A stretch of DNA of 18,890 bases from Octopus sinensis (taxonomy: Eukaryota). The notes beneath the pieces were generated by a model, which worked only from the letters and a program-made list of their open reading frames with translations, searched no databases and was not told where the DNA came from. Shown piece after piece: positions 1 through 10,954 of this stretch (the first letter of the stretch is position 1; each line of letters starts with the position of its first letter). The stretch is from positions 1 through 18,890 of the forward strand of contig NW_021824414.1 of assembly GCF_006345805.1 (NCBI RefSeq), read 5' to 3'. A program made the position numbers and the translations under genes.

Positions 1-67
1 ACACAACCCCATTCATAGAATTAGTAACAACTTTTTGCTGTAAATATATTTTTAAAAATACTTAAGA

Positions 68-475
68 AGGAGTGGCTGTGTGGTAAGTAGCTTGCTAACC
101 AACCACATGGTTGCGGGTTCAGCCCCACTGCGTGGCATCTTGGGCAAGTGTCTTCTGCTATAGCCCCGGGCCCACCAATGCCTTGTGAGTGGATTTGGTA
201 GGCGGAAACTGAAAGAAGCCTGTCGTATATATGTATATATATATATGTATGTGTGTCTGTGTTTGTCCCCCTAGCATTGCTTGACAACCGATGCTGGTGT
301 GTTTACGTCCTCGTTACCTAGCGGTTCGGCAAAAGAGACCGATAGAATAAGTACCGGGCTTACAAAAGAATAAGTCCCGGGGTCGATTTGCTCGATTAAA
401 GGCGGTGCTCCAGCATGGCCGCAGTCAAATGACTGAAACAAGTAAAAAGAGAGAGTAAAAGAGAGAGAGAGTAAG
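68..475 (+). mobile_element. Full-length tRNA-derived SINE, family A (CORE-like; octopus OR-type)
   Basis: A-box TGGCTGTGTGG (73-83), B-box-like GGTTCAGCCC (116-125), CORE-like GTGGCATCTTGGGCAAGTGTCTT, internal (TA)/(TG) tract, 3' end GGCGGTGCTCCAGCATGGCCGCAGTC..GACTGAAACAAG and GAGTAAAA-type tail. A near-identical copy lies at 5888-6296. Confidence 0.9.
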
Positions 476-784
476 ATTAAGGGTCGTGTGTTGTCAGATG
501 AGAACATCTTATGCTTTGGCACGTCTCTGCTTTTCGGGTTTTCCATTTCACTTTATATTTTCTCGTTTTTACTCCAAGCCTGCGTGTATTGTTTATGCAG
601 AAGGCCGGTCTAGGATGTATAATCTCGCTACAAGACAGGGCATGGTGCAGATATAATGGGGAGTGATTATACGAACTGAAAGAATTATTTTTGTAACGAT
701 GAGGTACTATAGAGTAAGAGGTGGGGGTCACTTACAAGAGAGGCGAAATTGGAAATCAGTGTCAATTTAACATCACTAAAACAA

Positions 785-930
785 TGGTGGATTGGTAGAA
801 GCATCAGTGCGTCGAACAAAATGCCCTGTGATATTTATTGCAGCTCTACGATTGATGAAAGACCAGCTTTGACTTTCATCAATCGATAAAATAATGTACC
901 AGTTAAATACTGGGGTTCATGTAATCAACT
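785..930 (+). mobile_element. Degenerate SINE family B fragment
   Basis: GACTTTCATC..CGATAAAATAATGTACCAGTTAAATACTGGGGTTCATGTAATCAACT aligns with the central domain of the copies at 11453 and 11757. Confidence 0.55.
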
Positions 931-1069
931 CCTTAAAACAGCTTATTTTGTACTTTAATTAGCAGCAAATTTATGTCACTAATGGTTTTGGAAGGAAGTA
1001 ATGAACGTCACAACCTCCTGGTTATCTTTGGATAATATTAGACATGTTTTTCTAAGAAGGAAAAATATA

Positions 1070-1754
1070 GACGCAGGCAAAGTCACGTGGTGGGGAAATT
1101 CACTTTGCAGTCAACGTGGTTTCGGGTTCAGTCACACTGCGCGGCACCTTGGGCAAATAAGTTCTACTACTGCGCTGGGTCATCTATGAAGCCCGTCAAA
1201 TAGGTTTACATATATATATATATCACGTGACCGACCAGACCATCAGATGTTGTTACACATCGCTGGTCACAATGCGTTCGCATTGTTTTAGCCTTCGAAT
1301 GACGCCACCCCGCTGGCTAAGTGAGCAGGCCAACAGAAGAAAGAGTGGTGAAAGAGTGCAGCAGGGATCACCACCATCCCTGCCGGAGCGTCGTGGAGCT
1401 TTTAGGTATTTTCGCTCAATAAACACTCACAACGCCCGGCCTGGGAATCGAAACCGCGATCCTACGACCGCGAGTCCGCTGCCCTAACCATATATATATG
1501 CGAGCGTGTGCTTGTTTTTGTTTTTGTGCCCTTACACACACCACATGACAACCGGTGCTGGTTTGTTTATGTCCCCGTATCTTCGTTGTTCGGCAAAGAA
1601 CAACCGATAGAAGAAATATTAGAGATAAGTCCTGGGGTCGATTTCTTCGACTAAAATTCTTCAAGGCGCTGCTCCAGTGTGGCCGCAGTCCAATAGCTGA
1701 AACAAGTAAAAATAAAAATAAAATTATAATAAATAAATAAATAAATAAATAAAA
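1070..1754 (+). mobile_element. Diverged SINE family A copy, split by a nested SINE
   Basis: B-box GGTTCAGTC (1125-1133) and CORE-like GGCACCTTGGGCAA. The body resumes after 1491 (ACAACCGGTGCTGG..GGGGTCGATTTCTTCGACTAA..GGCCGCAGTC..CTGAAACAAG) and ends in a (TAAA)n tail. Confidence 0.8.
1223..1490 (-). mobile_element. tRNA-derived SINE family C, 5'-truncated, inserted in the internal (TA)n of a family A SINE
   Basis: Minus strand starts TGGTTAGGGCAGCGGACTCGCGGTCGTAGGATCGCGGTTTCGATTCCC (tRNA-like head with B-box; most of the A-box is missing). TA dinucleotide runs flank both sides. Confidence 0.8.
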
Positions 1755-2045
1755 CTGATTATTTCAGTATCTCACGTTTGTGTGTTCAAATCCCCAGGGG
1801 GATGAAATTCGTGTCTTTATAAATGTAATGTGGCGCGCTGTGGAATGTTAAACATATGTAAATAGACATTGTTATTCTCTCCGGACGAAGAATACAAAAG
1901 GACATTGTTGAGATTTGTTTTACGGCGCATCAGAGGACAACCGCATCCGCTTCTTAACTCCTTCGCTGACGGAGGAAGCTTAAAGCTAATTGCAATTAAG
2001 ACAAACAGAAACAAGAAATGAGATGTGATTCTGTGACACTATTGG

Positions 2046-2299
2046 CTTTTTTGTTTCTTTCATTTGATTGCGACCATGCTGGGGCACCATCTTGAAGAGC
2101 TTTGAATGAATCGACTTAAGTACTCTTTTAAGCCTGGTACTAATTCTTTTAAGCCTGGTACTAATCCGCTCACAAGGCTTTGATCTGCCCGAGGCTATAG
2201 TAGAAGACACTTGCCCAAGGTGCCGCGCAGTGGGACTGGAGCCGCAACTATGTGGTTGGAAGAAAACCTCTTTCTTATCATGCAGTCACGCCTGCACCT
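2046..2299 (-). mobile_element. SINE family A, internally deleted
   Basis: Plus strand reads GACACTTGCCCAAGGTGCCGCGCAGTGGGACTG (antisense CORE/B-box) and CCATGCTGGGGCACC (antisense 3' end). The central microsatellite segment is missing. Confidence 0.8.
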
Positions 2300-2354
2300 G
2301 CGTTGGTCGACAAGAACTTACGTTGTACCAAAATCAAAGACTTTATGACAAAAA

Positions 2355-2717
2355 GGGAGGAACATAGCTGAAGCGTCTTGGCATAACCGTTTTGGCGCTG
2401 CCTATTTGGCGACGCTGATTTAAAGCTGGCGTATTTCGCATCAGACATTTCGATGTTTCTGCCGCTCGCTCCCTCTCTGCTTCTCTCTTTCTCTCTTTCC
2501 TTCTCCCTCCATCCCCCTCTCTCCCTCGCTGTTTCTCTTTCTCATTCTTTCTATCTCTACGTGTATATCTCTGTGCGTGAGTGTGCATACTTGTGTTTGC
2601 CGTTCACGTTAAGAATCACTGTTGTCAAAACAGGCCGAATGTCTAGTCAACCGCGCCAAATAGTCAGCATTTAAACGGCCGCGCCCAAACGCCTCATTTG
2701 GATGTTCATGCTTTCCC
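2355..2717. mobile_element. Degenerate MITE-like foldback element with GGCGC-rich terminal inverted repeats around a CT-rich spacer
   Basis: 2369-2418 versus the reverse complement of 2647-2696 match at 35/50 positions, including CCGTTT and CTATTTGGCG; outer GAACAT/ATGTTC pair. No clear TSD. Confidence 0.4.
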
Positions 2718-2782
2718 AAAAGGCGTTAGCGGCCTAATTGAAACAGGTGTGGTTGAAACCTGAAACCAGGGAACGGACTCAC

Positions 2783-2897
2783 CTTACAAGATGTTTGCGG
2801 CCCATTGTCCCGCACCACTTGTACCGATATTTTAGCTGAACTAAATGACCTCGTCCGCAATGACCCGAGATTAATTTTCTCTTTGTCTTGTTTACTT
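2783..2897 (-). CDS. Candidate internal exon (115 nt) of an unidentified minus-strand host gene
   Basis: Acceptor: ~28-nt T-rich tract followed by AACAG| (AG at 2899-2898). Donor: AAG|GTGAGT (GT at 2782-2781). Non-repetitive sequence with two open frames (SKQDKEKINLGSLRTRSFSSAKISVQVVRDNGPQTSCK or VNKTKRKLISGHCGRGHLVQLKYRYKWCGTMGRKHLV). No protein family recognised; it could also be a UTR or ncRNA exon. Confidence 0.5.
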
Positions 2898-3119
2898 CTG
2901 TTAAAAAAAAAAACGAAAAAAAGAAATTGAAACAATATTGTTTTGAAGAAGGTGAAGTCTAACCGAGTTGATCTTAAACCGGGTTTCGATCCTTATCTCA
3001 AACAGAGCAGATATGATAAGGGTTGTAACAGGTTATAACAGGTGTGAAGGGTTTTGTAAAAGTTGCACGAGACGATAGCTGTAGCAAACAATGAATAATA
3101 AAATGAAAAAATATATATA

Positions 3120-4004
<885 letters not shown>

Positions 4005-4383
4005 TACTAAACAACTTAAAGGAAGTGTCTATACAAATTGAAATAATGTGTGTGTGTGTGAGAGAGAGAGGGAGTATGAGGAAGTGGAAGGAAGAGGGAA
4101 GACATTTCGGGAGAGCAAAGTAAGACGATCGTCAGCGAAAGACCAAGTTTTGGCTGTGGGATCCAGTGATGTGTGAAGTTTGTATTGAAGTTAAAACCGT
4201 GAAGTTTATTTGACATTTTTTCTCTGTTGTTTTGTTCGTGGCACGACTCATTGGGCCCTGTTGGTGTCAATAGGGGTCCACCTCTTGAACTGGCATCACC
4301 TAAACAGAAGAGATCTAATTATTATTAGCAGGATTATAGCCCACACATCCTCTCCCAAACCTACACCTACCACAGTCACCGCT

Positions 4384-4414
<31 letters not shown>

Positions 4415-4524
4415 GCAACAACAAATGGAAACAGTCGAGCCATCACAATCACAATTGCCGGACTGTACGTCATGTCTTCGTTGTCTGTCATCACTGTAGA
4501 AGGTATGTCGTTAGCCCCGCCACC

Positions 4525-4557
<33 letters not shown>

Positions 4558-4770
4558 AGCACCAACAGCACCAGCACCACCCCACCACCACCATAAGTAG
4601 TAATAGTAGTAGTAGTAGTAGTAGTAGCAGTGTCATTAACCAAAAGCACTTCTGACACCAACGGAACCTTGTCAGGAATACAATCACTAACGTCACCGTC
4701 AAACCAGCCATGACCACCACCAACCACACCCACCTCACGACGACGACAACGACGACCGCTACCACACCCA
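4384..4770. repeat. Low-complexity cluster: (AAC)n, (GCCACC)n/(AGCACC)n, (TAG)n, (ACG)n
   Basis: Directly visible at 4384-4423, 4518-4593, 4596-4629 and about 4738-4757. Confidence 0.9.
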
Positions 4771-5340
4771 CTCAGATCCCTAAGGACCTATTTGATACCA
4801 GAAGTCCTCCCTACTAACACCCAACTACCGACCCCATTTAATTCTCGAACACAGAAAATACCACCGCTTTCACTTATTTACTCTTCGTTAAGCTTAATTG
4901 CTAATTACTCTTGTTTATTTCCCTTTATATTTGTTGTTCTTTCTATTTACCTTCTTTTCTCCGGTCCCTTAACCCCGCTCCACCCACCCCACCCAACGTT
5001 TCTTTCCTCTTCTTCCTCCAACAGTAAGTTAAAACCTCTCTCTCTCGGCGGTCATCAAGTACAGTTTTATCGCCTGTCACGATTCATCTCGAACTTTCTC
5101 GGTCACACACTTTTATGAGGGGTGCAAGGAACAACGACAATTTAAAACAATAACGTATCCTTTCCTGATGACGTTTTGGCAGATTCACACCTGAATGTCC
5201 GACTGCTGTTCGTTTTCGCCATCGGAGAACATCTCCCTTTTTACCAGTGATTCCCAGCTGGGGTCCATATAAAATTCTGGTTATATTCCTACAATATGCT
5301 AAATATCTTAGCAATTTTTTAATACAATTCCTAAAAATAT

Positions 5341-5825
5341 TTACTTGTTACTTAGATTACTTAGATAAGTTTCGGCCGAAGATGGCCCGGGCTATGTCTA
5401 ATTCAATAGCACTACCCGGAAGAGATACACAGTCAGCTCTTGGGCACCGTAGCCCATTTGGGTGTGGGTGGTTTGTCTTGTATTTGTTGGAGCTAATCAT
5501 CTGGGAGGGACCGTTTGAATGTGCAATCTCTTTCGTCCTTTATGCGGGCTGGCACGATGTTAAAGAGAGCAGGACCAGTTGAGGTGAAATAGTTCTGTCG
5601 TAGTTTTGTGATATGATACGAACATGATTTCTGTAGTGGACGGATGGCACCTCAGCCAAGCCTCGGATGAATTTTAAAGATGATACAGATATCATTTGGG
5701 CAATGTCAATGGAATATTTTCCACACCATACAGAGGATATAGCGCACACGGCGACGTTGGAGGGGGCAATTACTAAACTTCAATAGGAGTTTTTAAAACC
5801 ATCGAATGGCCATGAAGTCCCAGTA
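5341..5825 (-). mobile_element. CR1-type LINE 3' fragment (ORF2 C-terminus pseudogene plus 3' UTR)
   Basis: Minus strand translates LQRRRVRYILCMVWKIFH*HCPND..HPRLG*..RQNYFTSTGPALFNIVP..FKRSL..QDKPPTP, typical of the CR1/L2 post-RT C-terminus. It ends in a short tandem tail (TCTAAGTAA)2 at 5348-5365. Confidence 0.8.
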
Positions 5826-5887
5826 GAGTAAAAGGGGAATGAAATAAATAAAATCAGAGGTGGAGGACCTCTGATTTAGACAATATA

Positions 5888-6296
5888 TACTCTTTAGTCT
5901 TTTACTTGTTTCAGTCATCTGACTGTGGCCATGCTGGAGCACCGCCTTTAGTCGAGCAAATCGACCCCGGGACTTATTCTTTGTAAGCCCAGTACTTATT
6001 CTATCGGTCTATTTTGCCGAACCGCTAAGTGACGGGGACGTAAACACACCAGCATCGGTTGTCAAGCAATGCTAGGGGGACAAACACAGACACACAAACA
6101 CACACACATACACATATATACATATATATACATATATACGACAGGCTTCTTTCAGTTTCCGTCTACCAAATCCACTCACAAGGCATTGGTCGGCCCGGGG
6201 CTATAGCAGAAGACACTTGCCCAAGATGTCACGCAGTGGGACTGAACCCGGAACCATGTGGTTGGTTAGCAAGCTACTTACCACACAGCCACTCCT
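5888..6296 (-). mobile_element. Full-length SINE family A
   Basis: Intact A- and B-boxes. About 14 differences from the 68-475 copy over ~350 aligned non-microsatellite bases (hand count, ~96%). Confidence 0.92.
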
Positions 6297-6619
6297 ATGT
6301 TGTTGTTTGTTATCTTCTTTTGATTTTACTATTTTCTGTTATCCTCAACAAGTGCTCTTGTTGTTGTTGTTGTTGCTATTGTTGTCATCAGCAATTGTCA
6401 TCTTGTGGATACTTATAGTGACAGCGGCACAACAACACCCAATCTGTGCCTCTTCTCCGCCCTGTAACGGTAAAAATTTCTCTCAACAGGGACTGCGTAT
6501 GAGAGGGATTAAGAATAAAGGAAAAAGGAGAAGGAGGAGAAAAGTAGAAGGAGGAGGACGGGAGGATGGGAGGATCGGTTTATTGTCTTCCTGAAGAGCA
6601 TCACTTTCTTTATAATCTC

Positions 6620-6824
6620 TGAAGACACGTGGTTGAAATAAGAAAACACGGTGATCCCTTTCACCTTTACCCTAACAACAACTGCAGCAACAATAAAAAC
6701 AACAGTATATATATATATATACACCCCCGAAAACCCGCCCGCCTGGCCACGTGTGCCGCTGTGTGGGTATGTTTGTATAGGAACATTGGTGGTGGACGTG
6801 TATATATGTATGTATGTAAGTATG

Positions 6825-6856
<32 letters not shown>

Positions 6857-7060
6857 TGTATGTATGTATGTATGTATGTATGTATGTATGTACGCATGTA
6901 TATATGTATGTCTATATATGTGAGAATCTGTGAGTATGTATGAGTAAAGCGTTAGTGAATACAAGAGTGACATGTGACCCGTGGCGAGAGGCACGTGTCG
7001 CCATTTAACCTGTTCAAATTCCGATAGTCAACAAAGCACACGCGCCAATACAACCGCCCC
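6620..7060. promoter_or_regulatory. Possible cis-regulatory cluster (E-boxes, GC boxes, CCAAT)
   Basis: CACGTG at 6626, 6748 and 6992; CATGTG at 6971; CCCGCCC at 6734; CCAAT at 7045; CCGCCCC at 7054. Motif presence only. Confidence 0.3.
6800..6892. repeat. (TATG)n microsatellite
   Basis: Directly visible. Confidence 0.97.
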
Positions 7061-7244
7061 CCATACACACATACGCTCGCACATACAAAGAACCAACCAA
7101 CATATACAAAACCCCTCTCCCCCCCTTTCTCTCTCTCACACACACACACCTATACACCATGTCCTCACACACATCGACGCTCACACAAATACATCCAGAA
7201 GCACCGATACACTCAGTGTGAATGGTAATAAAAATTGCTTGTGG

Positions 7245-7261
7245 ATAATAATAATAATAAT

Positions 7262-7320
<59 letters not shown>

Positions 7321-7514
7321 TAATAATGATAACAATAATAAAAACAATAACAACAACAATAATAATAATAATAATAATAATAATGATGATGATGATAATA
7401 ATAATAATAATAACAATAATAATGATAACAATAATAAAAACAATAACAACAACAATAAAAATAATAATAATAATGATGATGATGATAATAATAGTAATAA
7501 TAATGATAATGAGG

Positions 7515-7555
<41 letters not shown>

Positions 7556-7560
7556 AAGAA

Positions 7561-7591
<31 letters not shown>

Positions 7592-7604
7592 AAAAGAAAG
7601 AAAG
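7245..7604. repeat. (TAA)n array with TGA/CAA variants (7245-7552) followed by (AAAG)n (7553-7604)
   Basis: Directly visible; contains an internal 96-bp duplication. Confidence 0.97.
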
Positions 7605-8217
7605 AATTACATAAAATACAGAATAGACAACACACCAGAAAGTGATACGTGCAGAATCTGTGGACAAAATGGTGAAACCGTATAGCATATTACTAGTCAA
7701 CGTGTGCCACTAGCCCAGAGAGAATATAAGAGATTTTATGACAATATAGCAAGGATTGTCCATTGGACACTTTGCAACAAGTATGGACTTGACAGAGCAA
7801 AAAATTGGCACGACCATAAACCCGAAGGTATCATCGAAAATGAAAATGCAAAGATCCTGTGGGATTTTATGATTCAGTGCGACCATGAGATAGAGAATAG
7901 GAAACCAGACATAGTCTTAATTGAGAAAGAAAACAAACTATGCTGGATTATAGATATAGCATGCCCAGCTGACAACAAGATATGCGATAAGGAAGAAAAA
8001 AAGTCGATAGATATGAGAGGTTAGCTTGGGAGGTTAAACAGTTGTGGTCGATGAAAAAGGTGGTAGTAGTACCAATAATTGTCGGAGCCCTGGGAACAGT
8101 GAGTAAAATCTTGAGAAGTACATGGAACAAATAGGGGCTGCAATAAGGTTGAATCACTTGCAGAAAACAGCACTGCTTGGAACTACACGAATACTCCTGG
8201 AAGGTGCTCGAAAAATA
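7605..8217 (+). mobile_element. 5'-truncated R4/Dong-clade non-LTR retrotransposon (zinc knuckle plus restriction-like endonuclease), pseudogenised
   Basis: Translates YRIDNTPESDTCRICGQNGETV*HITSQ (CCHC relic), YKRFYDN (RHD/N motif relic), ILWDFMIQCDHEIENRKPDIVLIEKENKLCWIIDIACP (PD-(D/E)xK RLE), then after frameshifts VVVVPIIVGALGTVSK..LQKTALLGTTRILRKVLEK. Confidence 0.88.
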
Positions 8218-8600
8218 CCTTAAATCCTCGAGTATAATCCGCATTCCCCCCCAAAAATTTAAAGGTCAAAATCCCTAGTGCGTATTATACACGAGGTTAA
8301 AAATGAAAATTATTTTCTAAGCAATGTTCGAGTCTCTATTTGCTGTCCGGCAATGTTTATTCAGACGCATTTTGTGATGGCGGATGCGAAAAAACTTTCG
8401 TATTCTTAGTATTCTTCGAAAATTCCACATTAACGTCTGCAAGAAGAAAGATTAGCGTGAAGAGATAAATTCTATATTCCACTAGATTTTAAGTAGAATG
8501 CGCGAGGAAAGCGAATTTCGTGAATGTAAAAAGAGTTCGCTATTCAGTTTTGCCAGGGCTTTCAGAAGGGGAGGAGGTAACTGGAGAACGACTGCAGTTT
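8218..8600 (+). mobile_element. Left end of a pogo/Tc2-like (Tc1-mariner superfamily) DNA transposon or MITE
   Basis: Begins TA|CCTTAAATCCTCGAGTATAATCCGCA. An 18-bp inverted pair (8226-8243 and 8279-8296, 16/18) resembles pogo-type subterminal structure. No right TIR was found, so the right boundary is uncertain. Confidence 0.5.
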
Positions 8601-8664
8601 TATGCAATTGTGACAGCTTCATATTTTAAAATATTCTATAAAACTCTTTATATGAATTAATATT

Positions 8665-8679
8665 TGTGTGTGTGTGTGT

Positions 8680-8719
<40 letters not shown>

Positions 8720-8793
8720 TGCGTGCGTGTGTAAACGTTTGCGCGCGGGCGCGTGTGTGTATGTGTGCGTGTGAGAGAGAGAGAAAGAGAGAG
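8665..8793. repeat. (TG)n/(GA)n compound microsatellite
   Basis: Directly visible. Confidence 0.95.
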
Positions 8794-9036
8794 ACCTCTG
8801 AATTCAATATTATCAGATATCACGAAACTCAAAGTGAGAGCATGTTGTAAACTTAACGTGACAGTCCCATGAAAGGGAAGAATGCTACTGTTATTTAGCC
8901 CTGGGAAACATCATTTCCTGTGTCCTTGTGTTTTGATTGTAATCACCGCATTTTGAATTATATGGATAATATCATATTAAATTCTGGTGCCTTTAACTTA
9001 AGTACCATATTCATCTGAATCTAAATTTACTGAACT

Positions 9037-9238
<202 letters not shown>

Positions 9239-9457
9239 AATGTATATACACAAGAATATGTATACAGCTATATAAACACAACTACGTGTACAGAACTGCA
9301 TTTTCAGTTATTCAGCATCTTTTTGTTTTCATGAAGCGTTCAGCTTCTCTGGCGAGTCTCATGGATAACCCCTGCAGTAACCGAAACTGAGCGCGTATGT
9401 GTATGAGCATGTATGTATGTGTTTGGGTGCATACATGTGTTTGTGTCTGCATGTGTA

Positions 9458-9459
<2 letters not shown>

Positions 9460-9510
<51 letters not shown>
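9460..9510. repeat. (CA)n microsatellite
   Basis: Directly visible. Confidence 0.97.
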
Positions 9511-9513
<3 letters not shown>

Positions 9514-9894
9514 GCAATTTCTCGTTTGACAGTTTCCCGCTTTAATGATATCCATTTTTAATTGTCAAAATAAAAAAAATTCAAAACTTAATTGCAGAAT
9601 CTAAGTGCTCAAAATTCATAATGGCTGCTTTAAAGAATCAATTAGCTCCGTGTGCATCGCTAATATACGGGTGGGTGTTTGTTCCTTCAACCACCCGTTT
9701 TGTTAGTTTGTTGATGTCGTGTGTTATTAATGTGTTCCCAATGTCCAAAGTTTTCAGTGAATTCCGTCTTTAACGGACCAAAGCAATAAAAAAACCAGCC
9801 CAGTGCCAACTGATATTGGCGTAATCTAATGATCTGGAGAAGTACCATAGTTAAAATATTTCAGGCAAAAATAATCCTTGTTTCTATCACCTGT

Positions 9895-10286
9895 GTCTTT
9901 TATCTTTTGTCTTTTACTGGTTTCAGTCATTGGACTGTGGCCATGCTGGGGCACCACTTCGAACTGTTTAGCCCAGTGAATTGTTTAGCTCAGTCGGGGT
10001 CCGTATAAGATTTTGTTGTTAAAACTTGTGAGCAATAAACTGGTTGTACGTCTACAATGCACAAAGCATTTTAACAATTTTTTAAAAATACAATTTCTTA
10101 AAATATTTAATTATTAAAATGTAGCAGAATTATTCTAACATGGCGGAAGGTAAAGTAGAGTAAAATCAGAATTAAAGGGACAAAAAATAGTTGAGGACCA
10201 CGGGCCTAATCGAACAAATCAATCACAGAACTTTCTTTTTCAAGTCTGGTATTTAACCAGCAACAGTCATCAAGCGGTGTGCAGGG

Positions 10287-10300
<14 letters not shown>
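9895..10300 (-). mobile_element. Degenerate SINE family A 3' half, interrupted at about 9974-10203 by an AT-rich insert with a hAT/Charlie-like end
   Basis: TTTCAGTCATTGGACTGTGGCCATGCTGGGGCACC at 9921-9955; the SINE resumes with TCGAACAAATC at about 10210. The insert ends GTTGAGGACCACGG, similar to the reverse complement of CAGTGGTCCTCAAC-type TIRs. Confidence 0.5.

Positions 10301-10954
<654 letters not shown>

Noticed and set aside
68-130. tRNA genes at SINE heads (also 1440-1490 and 11453-11540)
   Set aside because: A/B boxes are present but there is no complete cloverleaf; they continue into SINE bodies.
1817-1985. Possible next minus-strand exon (acceptor ..TTAATTGCAATTAG| at 1985) that would join in frame to the 2783 donor
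   Set aside because: The acceptor is only moderate, there is no convincing donor and the peptide is unrecognisable; the in-frame join could be chance.
4016-4299. Minus-strand acceptor (CTCTTCTGTTTAG|) followed by an open frame
   Set aside because: No good donor, and the frame runs into CT/CA repeats.
4100-6650. Other CTGANGA hits (4128-4134 minus, 5165, 6590, 6619) as hammerheads
   Set aside because: They lack a properly placed stem II/GAAA/stem I arrangement.
6981-7685. 234-aa ORF fusing poly-Ile to a zinc-knuckle-like tail
   Set aside because: It is a stop-free frame through (ATA)n running into the Dong relic, which has an in-frame stop at 7683.
8830-9036. Segment that feels like a common octopus interspersed repeat (GTGACAGTCCCATGAAAGGG..TTTAGCCCTGGGAAAC)
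   Set aside because: No second copy or structural hallmark in this window; it cannot be supported without a database search.
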